DNA of 64,000 nucleotides. It comes from Gammaproteobacteria bacterium (GTDB lineage Bacteria > Pseudomonadota > Gammaproteobacteria > JAJRRL01). Position numbers and translations under genes: made by a program. Location of the stretch: positions 74,256-138,255 of the forward strand of contig JAJRRL010000040.1 of the NCBI GenBank assembly GCA_024279495.1, given 5' to 3'. Each line of letters opens with the position of its first letter. Positions within the stretch are counted from its first letter, which is position 1. This document shows positions 35,602 to 45,231 of the stretch, piece by piece. The notes under the pieces were generated by a model. It was given only the letters and a program-made list of their open reading frames with translations. It was not told the DNA's origin and searched no databases.

Positions 35602-38382
35602 TCATCCCAACAAGAGGGTGATTGTTTCACGTTGAGCGTTTAGTCGAACTAAGCCGTCGTTGGATTCAGCGAGCAAGGCTTTTTCTTTAGCTACAATTTC
35701 AGCCGGAGCATTGTCACAATAACGCGGGTTGTCGCATTTCTTTTTAGCGGTATCGCGTTGTTTGATGAGCTTAGCTATTTGTTTGTCTAAACGATCTAGG
35801 GCTTTATCAACATCAATCAACCCTTTTAGAGGGACAGTCACGATGGCTGCTTTAGCATTAGCGCAAGCACAACCGCCTGAGTTATCTTCTTCGCTCAACC
35901 ATTCAATATCACTGATTTTAGTGAGGCCTCTCCAAAGAGATTCGTGTTCTTGTAAGGTTTTTTTAGCAGATTCATTGGCGGCATATAGTCTGATCGCAAT
36001 GGGTTTTTTAGGAGAGATGTCAGACTCGCTGCGCAAACGCCGAATGTGTGTAATGAGATCTTGTAGTAGGGTCATGCTGTCTTCGGCATTCGTGTTTTTC
36101 CAGGCGTCAGAAGCCACAGGCATGGATTTTTGAATAACATATTCAGTGTTGCTAATTGGTGTGTAGTGAGGACGCATGTGCTGCCATAAAGATTCTGTTA
36201 CGTAAGGAATAATGGGATGCAGGCGCGCTATTAAATCAGTGATCACACGAGCTAACGTTGCTCGAGTTGCTGTTTTTTGTTCAGCAGATGCAAGGTCGCT
36301 ATTTAACGTGATTTTGCTGAGTTCTAAATACCAATCGCAAAAGTCATGCCAGGTAAATTCGTATAAGGCTTGTTGCAGCCAATCGAAACGATACTGAGCG
36401 AGTGCATTATCGCAACGTGTTAATGTGTTTTGCAGACGATGCATGATCCATTGATCGGCTAAGCTCTGATGCTCTGGTTTGGGTGCAGTGAAGCTCTCAT
36501 CACCTAATTGCAAGCCAACAAAACGAGTCGCATTCCAAAGCTTGTTGCAGAAGTGACGATAGCCTTCTGTTCTTGCCAAATCAAAGTTAATGTCTCGGCC
36601 AGTGGTTGCTAAAGCACAATACGTTAAACGAAGGGCATCGGTACCAAAGGCTGGAATGCCGTCGGGGAATTCTTTGCGAGTGGATTTTTCAATGGCCTTG
36701 GCTTGTTTGGGATTGATTAATCCGCCAACACGTTTCTCGACAAGTGTTTCTAGTTCGATGCCATCGATAAGGTCGATAGGATCAAGCACGTTCCCTTTTG
36801 TTTTCGACATTTTTTGGCCTTGTTGATCGCGAATAAGGCCGGTAATATAAATGTCTTTGAAAGGTACTTTGCCGGTTAGGGCTAAGCTCATCATGATCAT
36901 GCGAGCTACCCAGAAGAAAATAATATCGAAACCGGTGACTAATGTTCCGGTTGGAAAGTAAGTGTCGAGTTCAGGGGTTTGTTCAGGCCAACCCAGTGTG
37001 GCAAAAGGCCAAAGGCTTGATGAAAACCAGGTATCGAGTACATCTTCGTCTTGTTGAAGAGTGATGGAATCATCGAGTTGGTGGCGGGATCTGACATCTG
37101 CCTCGTCATGGCCAACATAGGCTTTTCCGTTTTCATCGTACCAAGCGGGAATGCGATGCCCCCACCAAAGCTGACGGCTGATGCACCAGTCTTGAATGTT
37201 TTCTAGCCATAAATCATAGGTTTTTTTCCAATTTTCAGGAATAAACTGCGCGTCACCTTGTTTAACGGCAGCCAAGCCATCTTTGGCTAGTCCGTCCATC
37301 TTTACAAACCATTGCAGAGTAAGCAAAGGCTCCAGAACTGCACCGCTACGATCGCCGGTTGGCACGTTTAAGGTATGTTTTTCGATAGACACAAGAAAGC
37401 CTTGCTCTTCAAGGTCAGCGAGTACGGCTTTACGAGCATCGGCGACAGACAAGCCTTGGTATTGTGAAGGAACTTCTTCATTGAGGGTGCAATCTAAAGT
37501 AAGCATGTTGATTGTGGGGAGATTGTGTCTTTGCCCCATGGCATAATCATTGAAATCATGAGCTGGGGTGATTTTAACGCAACCTGAACCAAAGTCTTGC
37601 TCTACGCTGTCGTCAGTAATGACAGGGATTTCGCGCCCACTTAAAGGCAGCTTTAAGTGACTGCCAACAAGAGCTTGATAGCGAGCATCGTCAGGGTGAA
37701 CAGCAACGGCAACATCAGCCAGCATGGTTTCAGGGCGAGTAGTGGCGATGGTAATGTAAGTGTCTTCTTGGCCGACGACGGGGTAGCGGATATGCCAAAG
37801 ATGCCCGTCTCGAGTGATGGATTCTACTTCCAGGTCAGAGACAGCTGTTTTTAAGACGGGATCCCAGTTCACTAAGCGTTGACCACGATAGATCAGGCCT
37901 TTTTCATGTAGGCGAATAAAGGCTTCTCGGGTTGCGTGTGTGAGATGCTCGTCCATGGTGAAGCGTTCGCATGACCAATCCACGTGTAGACCGAGGCGTT
38001 GCATTTGTTCAGAAATCCGATCGCCGGAGTAGTTTTTCCACTCCCAGATCTTGTCTAGAAAGGCTTTCCGACCAAGGTCATGGCGAGACTTGCCTTCTTC
38101 TTTTTGAAGTCGACGTTCGACTAACATTTGAGTAGCAATTCCAGCGTGGTCTGTGCCGACTTGCCAGTGGGTTTTTTTGCCGAGCATGTGCTGACTTCGG
38201 ATGAGGATATCCATCAGGGTCTGCTGAAACCCATGCCCCATGTGCAAACTGCCGGTGACATTTGGGGGGGGGAGCATGACGCAGTAGGGTTCGCCACTGT
38301 TCTTTTTTTGAGCTAGCTCGTGGGTTTTCCACTGGTCTTTCCAGTGAGATTCAATCGCGGTTGGGTTCAGAGTCTCGTTCAT
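35602..38382 (-). CDS. valS: valyl-tRNA synthetase
   Basis: class I aaRS; MNETLNPTAIESHW N-terminus aligns with E. coli ValS, LPPPNVTGSLHMGHGF (HIGH), KMSKTKGN (KMSKS), C-terminal coiled coil. The ORF-track start at 38508 is a 42-codon upstream extension. Confidence 0.9.
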   Translation of the reverse strand: MNETLNPTAIESHWKDQWKTHELAQKKNSGEPYCVMLPPPNVTGSLHMGHGFQQTLMDILIRSQHMLGKKTHWQVGTDHAGIATQMLVERRLQKEEGKSRHDLGRKAFLDKIWEWKNYSGDRISEQMQRLGLHVDWSCERFTMDEHLTHATREAFIRLHEKGLIYRGQRLVNWDPVLKTAVSDLEVESITRDGHLWHIRYPVVGQEDTYITIATTRPETMLADVAVAVHPDDARYQALVGSHLKLPLSGREIPVITDDSVEQDFGSGCVKITPAHDFNDYAMGQRHNLPTINMLTLDCTLNEEVPSQYQGLSVADARKAVLADLEEQGFLVSIEKHTLNVPTGDRSGAVLEPLLTLQWFVKMDGLAKDGLAAVKQGDAQFIPENWKKTYDLWLENIQDWCISRQLWWGHRIPAWYDENGKAYVGHDEADVRSRHQLDDSITLQQDEDVLDTWFSSSLWPFATLGWPEQTPELDTYFPTGTLVTGFDIIFFWVARMIMMSLALTGKVPFKDIYITGLIRDQQGQKMSKTKGNVLDPIDLIDGIELETLVEKRVGGLINPKQAKAIEKSTRKEFPDGIPAFGTDALRLTYCALATTGRDINFDLARTEGYRHFCNKLWNATRFVGLQLGDESFTAPKPEHQSLADQWIMHRLQNTLTRCDNALAQYRFDWLQQALYEFTWHDFCDWYLELSKITLNSDLASAEQKTATRATLARVITDLIARLHPIIPYVTESLWQHMRPHYTPISNTEYVIQKSMPVASDAWKNTNAEDSMTLLQDLITHIRRLRSESDISPKKPIAIRLYAANESAKKTLQEHESLWRGLTKISDIEWLSEEDNSGGCACANAKAAIVTVPLKGLIDVDKALDRLDKQIAKLIKQRDTAKKKCDNPRYCDNAPAEIVAKEKALLAESNDGLVRLNAQRETITLLLG

Positions 38383-38473
38383 GGTAATGTATGTCTTTCT
38401 TGTTATCGTGAGTGTGAAGCACAGATCGGTAGGTGTGAGCCGCGCGCGGGATCTCAGGGCCTGATGAGACCCA

Positions 38474-39601
38474 TTGTTCCATAAAATAGGACCATTGTCA
38501 GTGATCATTTGGCGTTATATTTGCAAAGAAGCAAGCCGAGCTTTACTCGCTACGGTAGCTGTCTTGTTATTGGTCTTAGTAACCAATCAGTTGGTTCACT
38601 ACCTCAACCAGGCTTCTATTGGTCAACTTTCCGTCCAGGCTGTGATTGCCGTTGTGATTTTAGAAATCCCCACCTTGTTGGCATTCATGCTGCCATTGGG
38701 TGTCGTCTTGGGTTTGTTAATCACCTTGGGCCGCTTAGTGGCCGACCAAGAAATGATTGTGCTCTTTGCTGGTGGTTTTTCTCGTCGTCGTCTTTATAGT
38801 ATGGTTGCATCCATGGGCTTAATCATGAGTTTGCTGGTTTTGTGGTTGACTGGCTTTGTTGCTCCGGCCTGTCGATCTTGGCAGGAAGGCGTTTTGGTAA
38901 ATGCCATTAAGGCGACTAGTTTAAGTAAAGTCATTCCTGGAGAGTTCATGTCATTAGGGCATGGTGGTCGCGTTTTGTATGCTGGTCAAGCAGCATCGCA
39001 TTCTCATTTGGGGAATGTCTTTTTTGCCTCTCCGCAAGTGTCTCATGCCAACACAGCAGGTTGGTCTTTGTTATTGGCTGATGATGTCTCTCAGCAAAGG
39101 CATGGTACTTTAGCCGGAGCCTTTCTATTTAATCGAGGACAGCATTATACCGTTCCGATCGATAGTAACGCCTGGGAGACCATGACATTTCAGCGATACG
39201 ATTGGCGATTGGAGCGATCCAAGTCGTCTCATTCTGATTCATTGGCAGCTTGGTCTTTAGCTCGTCTTTGGCGAAACAGGCATACTTGGACTTTATCAGA
39301 AGCGGTGGAATGGCAATGGCGATTTGCTATGCCTTTTGCGGTGCTTGCTTTAGCATTTATGGTGGTGCCTCTTACTCAGCTGTCACCGAGGCAGGGTAAG
39401 TTTATGCGTTTACTGCCTGCTGTTATGCTTTATTTAATCTATGCTAACGTGCTTTTCTTATGTAAAAGTTGGTTGCTTCAAGGGCGTTATCCGCTTTTGA
39501 TTGGCTTATGGTGGCTGCCTGTTTTAGCCCTGAGTTTGGTTTTGGTGCGCGAATTTGGCAAATGGTTATCGTGGCGTCTCAGGAGGCGAGGGGATTCATG
39601 A
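38474..39601 (+). CDS. lptF: LPS export ABC transporter permease LptF
   Basis: 375 aa YjgP/YjgQ-family permease; N-terminus VIIWRYICKEA resembles E. coli LptF MIIIRYLVRE. The exact start is uncertain (a later GTG/ATG is possible). Confidence 0.75.
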   Translation: MFHKIGPLSVIIWRYICKEASRALLATVAVLLLVLVTNQLVHYLNQASIGQLSVQAVIAVVILEIPTLLAFMLPLGVVLGLLITLGRLVADQEMIVLFAGGFSRRRLYSMVASMGLIMSLLVLWLTGFVAPACRSWQEGVLVNAIKATSLSKVIPGEFMSLGHGGRVLYAGQAASHSHLGNVFFASPQVSHANTAGWSLLLADDVSQQRHGTLAGAFLFNRGQHYTVPIDSNAWETMTFQRYDWRLERSKSSHSDSLAAWSLARLWRNRHTWTLSEAVEWQWRFAMPFAVLALAFMVVPLTQLSPRQGKFMRLLPAVMLYLIYANVLFLCKSWLLQGRYPLLIGLWWLPVLALSLVLVREFGKWLSWRLRRRGDS

Positions 39602-40665
39602 AGCACGGCATTTTGTTTCGTTACTTATCAAGACACCTCATTATCACGTTATTGGGGGTGCTTTCAGTGCTTGCTGCGCTGGAATGTGTGATCGGTATTA
39701 TTGGTGAGTTATCAAGCGTTGGTCATGGAGGTTATACCTTTGTATTGGCTTTGAAAACGGTTTTCTTACAATTGCCTATGCTGGTATACGATTTGTTTCC
39801 TGTCAGTATTTTTTTATCGGTTCTGCTGACTTTAAGCCTGCTTGGTAATCGTCAAGAAATAGTGGTAATGAGAGCAGCAGGTTTATCGGTTGCCGGGTTT
39901 TGTTGGCGTTTGTTGCTAGCTGTGGCTTTAATCACTGTGGTTGTTGTGAGTTTAGCAGAGGGTTTTTCGCCGTCGTGGTATCAGAAGGCAACACAAATTA
40001 GAAATCAAGAAACACGTCAAAGTGGTGAACCCATTCATACGGGCGGTCATTGGTTTCATGATGCCCCTTATTTTATTTATGTTGGTTCTCAAGCAAGTGC
40101 AAAAGAACTTCTCCATCTTCAATGGTTTTTGTTAGGCGATGATCAAGTACTTCATCAATCAGGTTATGCAGAAAAGGTAGAAAAAGAAGGTAGCAGGTGG
40201 GTGGCTGAAACAGCAGGCTTATCGAGTATTGAGCATGGGTCTGTTAAGAAACATACACATCTTCATTATACCTTGCCTATGTCCATTGATCTGTCTCAAT
40301 GGCAGTCTGATCGAAAAGCAGCGATTGGGATGACGTTATGGGAGCTGCATAAGACTATAGAGGTAAGGCAAGCGTCAGGAGCTTCTTATGCGCGTTTAGC
40401 GATGGCTTTTTGGTCGAGAGTTTGGGCTCCTGTCGGCGGCTTAGTTCTTGCCTTGCTAGCCGTGCCGTTTTCTTTTGGTACCATGAGACGATTCAAGACA
40501 GGGACTCGCTTAGTGATTGGCGTGATGGTCGGATTTATTTTTTACATGATTAATCAATTGTTGGCGCCATTTACGGTGGTTTTACTGTGGTCTCCCTTTT
40601 GGGTAAACTGCGTGCCGATCGTCTTATTTTCATTATTAGCCGGGCATTTATTGAAAAAGGTTTAA
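39598..40665 (+). CDS. lptG: LPS export ABC transporter permease LptG
   Basis: YjgP/YjgQ-family permease beginning [15 protein letters not shown] at the ATGA overlap with the lptF stop. The ORF-track start at 39469 is an in-frame upstream extension. Confidence 0.75.
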   Translation: MKHGILFRYLSRHLIITLLGVLSVLAALECVIGIIGELSSVGHGGYTFVLALKTVFLQLPMLVYDLFPVSIFLSVLLTLSLLGNRQEIVVMRAAGLSVAGFCWRLLLAVALITVVVVSLAEGFSPSWYQKATQIRNQETRQSGEPIHTGGHWFHDAPYFIYVGSQASAKELLHLQWFLLGDDQVLHQSGYAEKVEKEGSRWVAETAGLSSIEHGSVKKHTHLHYTLPMSIDLSQWQSDRKAAIGMTLWELHKTIEVRQASGASYARLAMAFWSRVWAPVGGLVLALLAVPFSFGTMRRFKTGTRLVIGVMVGFIFYMINQLLAPFTVVLLWSPFWVNCVPIVLFSLLAGHLLKKV

Positions 40666-40669
40666 AGCA

Positions 40670-42238
40670 ATGAGTCATTCCAAAGAGCGATGTACGTTCG
40701 CCATTATATCGCATCCTGATGCAGGTAAAACAACACTCACCGAAAAATTATTATTGCTTGGTGGGGCGATAGCCTTGGCAGGAACAGTGAAGGGTCGAAA
40801 GGCTTCTCGTTATGCGACCAGTGATTGGCTAGAGCTAGAGAAAAAACGTGGCATCTCAGTGACGACATCAGTTATGCAGTTTCCCTACAAGGATGTTGTT
40901 ATTAATTTGCTTGATACCCCAGGGCATGCCGACTTTTCTGAAGATACGTATCGTACTTTAACCGCTGTCGATTCAACCATTATGGTGCTTGATGTGGCTA
41001 AAGGTGTGGAAGAGCGTACTTTAAAGTTAATGGAAGTCTGCCGCCTTAGAGACACACCTATCATGACTTTCATTAATAAGTTAGATCGAGAGGGTATGGA
41101 TCCACTAGAGCTTTTGGATCATATTGAAAAAGTACTCGGTATTACGTGCGCTCCTGTTACGTGGCCCATAGGCTCAGGTAAATCCTTTAAAGGGATTTAC
41201 CATCTTTTAGAAGATAGGTTGTATCTTTATGACCCTGCGTGCAAATCAGATCATAACGTAGCGCCAACGGTAGATGGCTTGAAGTCTGACGAAGCAAAAG
41301 AAGCTTTAGGAGACGATTACTCTGACTTTTGTGAATCAGTTGAGTTGGTACAAGCTGCTTGCATGGAGTTTGATCGTCCGTTGTATTTGTCCGGTGATAT
41401 CACACCGGTGTATTTTGGTTCTGCCATGAATAATATGGGTGTGCGTGAACTTTTAGATGGGTTTACGCAATATGCTCCTAGGCCTTTATCGCGCCAAACA
41501 TTAACGCGAAAAGTTGAACCAACGGAAAACACGTTTTCAGGGTTTGTGTTTAAGATACAAGCCAACATGGATCCTCAGCATCGTGATCGAATGGCTTTCA
41601 TGCGTATAGTCTCCGGGAGTTATCGAAAAGGCATGAAGACGTATCATGTGCGAGAAGCTAAGCAGGTATCGTTTCATAGTGTGCATACGTTTATGGCTGC
41701 CCAGCGAGAGCACGCAGAATCAGCTGAAGCAGGCGATATTGTAGGAATACATACGCATGGTGGCATTAAAATAGGAGATGCTTTCACAGAAGGTGAGTCT
41801 TTAAAATATATTGGCATCCCGCATTTTTCGCCTGAATTGTTTCGAGTGGTAAGGTTAACAGATCCCCTAAAACAAAAAGCCTTGGTGAAAGGTTTGGTGC
41901 AGTTGTCAGAAGAAGGGGCAACTCAGGTGTTTCGCCCACTTTTTGGTAACGACATTATTTTGGGGGCGATTGGTGTATTGCAGTTTGATGTGGTGGCTCA
42001 TCGTTTAGAATCGGAATATCGTGTGAGTTGTGTCTATGAAGCAGCTCAGGTGGCTTTGGCTTTGTGGGTGGAAGCCGATGACGATCTTTTGCTGGAGCGT
42101 TTCAAAGAGCAAGAGAAACGACATTTAGCGATTGATGGCTCTGGCGCACTTACTTATTTGGCGCCGTCACGATTTAGCTTGCAAGTCACGCAAGAGTACT
42201 GGCCTGATATTCAATTTTTAAGGCAAAAAGACGTCTAG
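40670..42238 (+). CDS. prfC: peptide chain release factor 3 (translational GTPase)
   Basis: 522 aa; G1 [24 protein letters not shown] motifs and RF3-specific domains. Confidence 0.9.
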   Translation: MSHSKERCTFAIISHPDAGKTTLTEKLLLLGGAIALAGTVKGRKASRYATSDWLELEKKRGISVTTSVMQFPYKDVVINLLDTPGHADFSEDTYRTLTAVDSTIMVLDVAKGVEERTLKLMEVCRLRDTPIMTFINKLDREGMDPLELLDHIEKVLGITCAPVTWPIGSGKSFKGIYHLLEDRLYLYDPACKSDHNVAPTVDGLKSDEAKEALGDDYSDFCESVELVQAACMEFDRPLYLSGDITPVYFGSAMNNMGVRELLDGFTQYAPRPLSRQTLTRKVEPTENTFSGFVFKIQANMDPQHRDRMAFMRIVSGSYRKGMKTYHVREAKQVSFHSVHTFMAAQREHAESAEAGDIVGIHTHGGIKIGDAFTEGESLKYIGIPHFSPELFRVVRLTDPLKQKALVKGLVQLSEEGATQVFRPLFGNDIILGAIGVLQFDVVAHRLESEYRVSCVYEAAQVALALWVEADDDLLLERFKEQEKRHLAIDGSGALTYLAPSRFSLQVTQEYWPDIQFLRQKDV

Positions 42239-42247
42239 TGAGCAAGC

Positions 42248-42571
42248 TTACTGATTGATAGACGCTTTCTCGATGATCTTTTTAAGTTCGCCTGATTCAA
42301 AGAGTTCGGTGACAATATCGCATCCGCCTACAAACTCACCTTGAATGTAAAGTTGAGGAATTGTCGGCCAATTGGTAAATGCTTTGATACCCTGGCGAAG
42401 GTCATCGTTTTCTAAGACATTGTGTGCAGTGAAGTTGGCCTTGCATTCTTTTAGGATATGAATCAGTTGAGATGAAAAGCCACATTGAGGAAAGTGCTCG
42501 GTACCTTTCATGTAAAGAACGATAGGTGTACTAGTGATTTGTTCTTGAATGGTGTTTTGAATGTCGCTCAT
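42248..42571 (-). CDS. grxD: monothiol glutaredoxin (Grx4/GrxD type)
   Basis: 107 aa with CGFS active site (PQCGFSSQ). Confidence 0.9.
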   Translation of the reverse strand: MSDIQNTIQEQITSTPIVLYMKGTEHFPQCGFSSQLIHILKECKANFTAHNVLENDDLRQGIKAFTNWPTIPQLYIQGEFVGGCDIVTELFESGELKKIIEKASINQ

Positions 42572-42807
42572 GAGTTATCTCCAATAGGTTCGTCTGGTGT
42601 AAGTGTTTGAATTGACAGGGCATGAATCGCTTCTTGCATTAAATTACCAAGGGCTGCATACACGCGACGATGCCTTTTGATTGTGTTTTGATTCGAAAAA
42701 GTAGGGCAAATAACAGTCACGCTTAAGCGACATCCTTCGCCATCAACGCTAATTGTAGCGCCAGGAAAAGCTTGAGTTAATAGTTCTTGAATAGTCTCAG
42801 TACTCAC
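42568..42807 (-). CDS. bolA: BolA-family protein
   Basis: 79 aa BolA/IbaG fold (HRRVYAAL...IHALS); genetically paired with grxD. Confidence 0.75.
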   Translation of the reverse strand: MSTETIQELLTQAFPGATISVDGEGCRLSVTVICPTFSNQNTIKRHRRVYAALGNLMQEAIHALSIQTLTPDEPIGDNS

Positions 42808-42854
42808 ATTTACCCCCTTGGATCGCAGAGATCATACTTTATGTTGAAGGTGAG

Positions 42855-43135
42855 CTCAAGTGAGTAGGGACCCCACCGCTGTCACCCCCAGGAACGAAGT
42901 GACGTTGGGGGCCCAGGCTTGATCCGTTGTTACGTAGTAACAACTAGGATTTTTTAAAATTTAAGAGAGCTTAACTTTAAGCTGGTTTATTTGCTAAAAG
43001 CAATGTGCAGGGTTACACTCACGATAATGTTGGGGGTTGAATTTTTAAAGATCCTTAGCCCGCATTTTATGCGGGTAGGATCGTGCCCTGGGTCCCGGCT
43101 TTCATTTCATTCGCCGGGATGACACCGATTAAAAA
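42855..43135 (+). mobile_element. MITE-like repeat, ~280-bp copy with inverted ends (copy c/d) filling the bolA-fdxA intergenic region
   Basis: left GGGACCCCACCGCTGTCACCCCCAGGAACGAAGTGACGTTGGGGGCCCAGGCTTGATCCGTTGTTACGTAGTAACAACTAGG; right end (43085-43135) GCCCTGGGTCCCGGC...CATTCGCCGGGATGACACCG is the inverted counterpart; hairpin CCCGCATTTTATGCGGG at 43063-43081. Confidence 0.6.
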
Positions 43136-43168
43136 TGATAGTTTTTTGCATTTAGGTTGAGTTAAAAT

Positions 43169-43492
43169 ATGACATTTATCGTAGGTGAGCAGTGCATACG
43201 CTGTAAATACACAGACTGCGTGGAAGTGTGTCCAGTCGATTGCTTTCATGAAGGCCCGAATATGTTGGTCATTAATCCTGACGAATGCATCGATTGCAAT
43301 TTATGCGTGCCAGAGTGCCCTGTCGAGGCGATTTATGCCGAAGAAGATTTACCAGAAGAGCAGCAAGAGTTTTTGGAAATTAATGCTCGTTTATCACAGC
43401 AATGGCCAGTGATCGCAGCCATTAAACCTGCGCCTGAAGATGCAGATGATTGGAAGGGCGTTGAGAATAAGTTAGAGCATCTTAAAGAGTAG
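43169..43492 (+). CDS. fdxA: 7Fe ferredoxin (FdxA type, one 3Fe-4S and one 4Fe-4S cluster)
   Basis: 107 aa; Cys pattern [14 protein letters not shown] ... [12 protein letters not shown]. Confidence 0.9.
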   Translation: MTFIVGEQCIRCKYTDCVEVCPVDCFHEGPNMLVINPDECIDCNLCVPECPVEAIYAEEDLPEEQQEFLEINARLSQQWPVIAAIKPAPEDADDWKGVENKLEHLKE

Positions 43493-43524
43493 CGATAAAA
43501 TAAAATAGTCCTAGTATTTTCTTG

Positions 43525-43696
43525 CACCGTTGAAAATGCTGTCATCCAAAGGCAATGTAATGACGTCGGGGACCCACAGGCCCATCTTTAATGCTCGCGA
43601 ATGAGCGGCTACCCCCACGGTTGTCATCCCCAGGAATGTAATGACGTCGGGGACCTAGGCTTGATCCGTTGTTACTTTGTAACAACTAGCGATCTT
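43525..43696 (+). mobile_element. two tandem partial MITE-like copies (e, f) between fdxA and the next gene
   Basis: e: GCACCGTTGAAAATGCTGTCATCCAAAGGCAATGTAATGACGTCGGGGACCCACAGG; f: CCCCACGGTTGTCATCCCCAGGAATGTAATGACGTCGGGGACCTAGGCTTGATCCGTTGTTACTTTGTAACAACTAGCGATC. Confidence 0.6.
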
Positions 43697-45034
43697 TCAA
43701 TATTCAGGCCTAACATGTCGCTCCATATCCTTAAGAAGGTGCGATAACTTCTGCCCTGCTTTTTTATGTTGGCCTAGAAAAATAGAACTTTCTTTTTGGC
43801 TGAAATGATGTGATTTCTTGGCGCAATAAGTAGTTAAGACGATTGATATGGCAGCTACAATCAAGCAGGCAACGCCAGCAAAAATAAGAGTGTTTGTGTC
43901 GATGGGTGTGGCGCTGCTTGAAAGAATGCTTGATATAATGGCAGTCATTAAGCTAGCGCCAGCGGCAGCAGATATGCCGGCGCCAAATCCATAGCCAATG
44001 GCTTTTTTGAGAGACCTAGGTTTCTGTCTCAATATTTTTCTAGAAGGAACAGCATTAAGGCCATTGAGAACCTCGGGGTAGTTAATGTCTTCAATTTGAG
44101 TTCTGAATTGTTCTTCTAATTTTGATTCTGAGATGGAGGGAAGCATTTTTTTAATATGATCATGGTATCGTATGTTGGTGATCAGTTTTGCGATCTCCTT
44201 AATAGAGAGTTTAGAGATATTCCTCAGCGATAAAGCAGCTTTTTCGTGGGTGAGTAATTGAATCAAGCAGGCAATAGGAGGCTCTTCTTCGGTAAATAGT
44301 TTAGCATGACTGTTTGAGAGCTCTAGGCTTGTTGTACGAAGAGAGAGGAAGTAGAGAAAAGAGTTATTCTTTATGTCTTTTAGGTGGCTAGCAAAGAGTC
44401 GCAGTATAAGAGGTGTGCTCGCATTGCATAGCGTTTTGAGCTGTGCTTCAGGGAGAGATGAGAGGATGTTAATGATCGATTCTCTAAAATCGATATCATC
44501 AACGGTATACGGCATGAGCTCTGCCATTTTCTCTTCCCCAAAATGTTTTTCAAGATAGCTTATTTGGGTTTCTTTAGAGTATTCTTTTTTCTTACTATTG
44601 ATGGTTTTAATGGACCCTCTTACTTTTATCTCATTACTTTGTGCTCGCCGCCTTCCGGCTATTGTCTCGGATAAGCGGTCTATGATAGTTAAAAAATGAG
44701 TCAAGGTGGTGAGAGAGTCGTCGTCTCTAATGATCCTTAACTCTAGAGGCTTAAGCTCGGTTAAGTCCTCTAAAAGCGCTTGTATATACTCTTCATCGTC
44801 TTCAAATTCTCTTTCTATCGTCATGATGAGGGCTATTTTTTCTTCGCCTAAGTGTTGTAGCAAGTAATCAAGCTTGCCGGGGCTCTCTGCTTTTCCTTCG
44901 AGAGGGCCCGGCATTCCTTGCCTGAAAAGGCAAAGGATAACTGCGGATAGCGATTCATTTCCCTCTAAGGCCTTCTGGATGCCGGGGGGTAGGCTGTTTA
45001 CTGCTATTCTTTTGGGGGGATCTAAATCAGGCAC
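43697..45034 (-). CDS. ORFan with C-terminal bilobed hydrophobic hairpin
   Basis: 445 aa; soluble helical N-terminal region; C-terminal AIGYGFGAGISAAAGASLMTAIISSILSS...LIFAGVACLIVAAISIVLTTYCAKK; no known family. Confidence 0.6.
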   Translation of the reverse strand: MPDLDPPKRIAVNSLPPGIQKALEGNESLSAVILCLFRQGMPGPLEGKAESPGKLDYLLQHLGEEKIALIMTIEREFEDDEEYIQALLEDLTELKPLELRIIRDDDSLTTLTHFLTIIDRLSETIAGRRRAQSNEIKVRGSIKTINSKKKEYSKETQISYLEKHFGEEKMAELMPYTVDDIDFRESIINILSSLPEAQLKTLCNASTPLILRLFASHLKDIKNNSFLYFLSLRTTSLELSNSHAKLFTEEEPPIACLIQLLTHEKAALSLRNISKLSIKEIAKLITNIRYHDHIKKMLPSISESKLEEQFRTQIEDINYPEVLNGLNAVPSRKILRQKPRSLKKAIGYGFGAGISAAAGASLMTAIISSILSSSATPIDTNTLIFAGVACLIVAAISIVLTTYCAKKSHHFSQKESSIFLGQHKKAGQKLSHLLKDMERHVRPEY

Positions 45035-45231
45035 CTGGGGTTCCTTGTTTAAAGAAAGCTTAATAAGCCCATTTTACCATCCTCAGCCTGAAAAGCAACA
45101 AATAAGGTCAAATAAAGAGCAAGGAAAGGTCTAGCTCCTTGATTTTGAGTTTCTGGAAAGTTGCTTTTCTTTGAATCAGTTTGTAATTAATGCTATAATG
45201 ACTACTATTCTGGTTAAAAGAGAGGTGTAGC

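Noticed and set aside
38383-38508. 42-codon N-terminal extension of valS in the ORF track, and the lptF start overlapping it
   Set aside because: ValS homologs begin at MNETLNPTAIESHW (38382). The extension has no homolog support and would overlap the divergent lptF start region.
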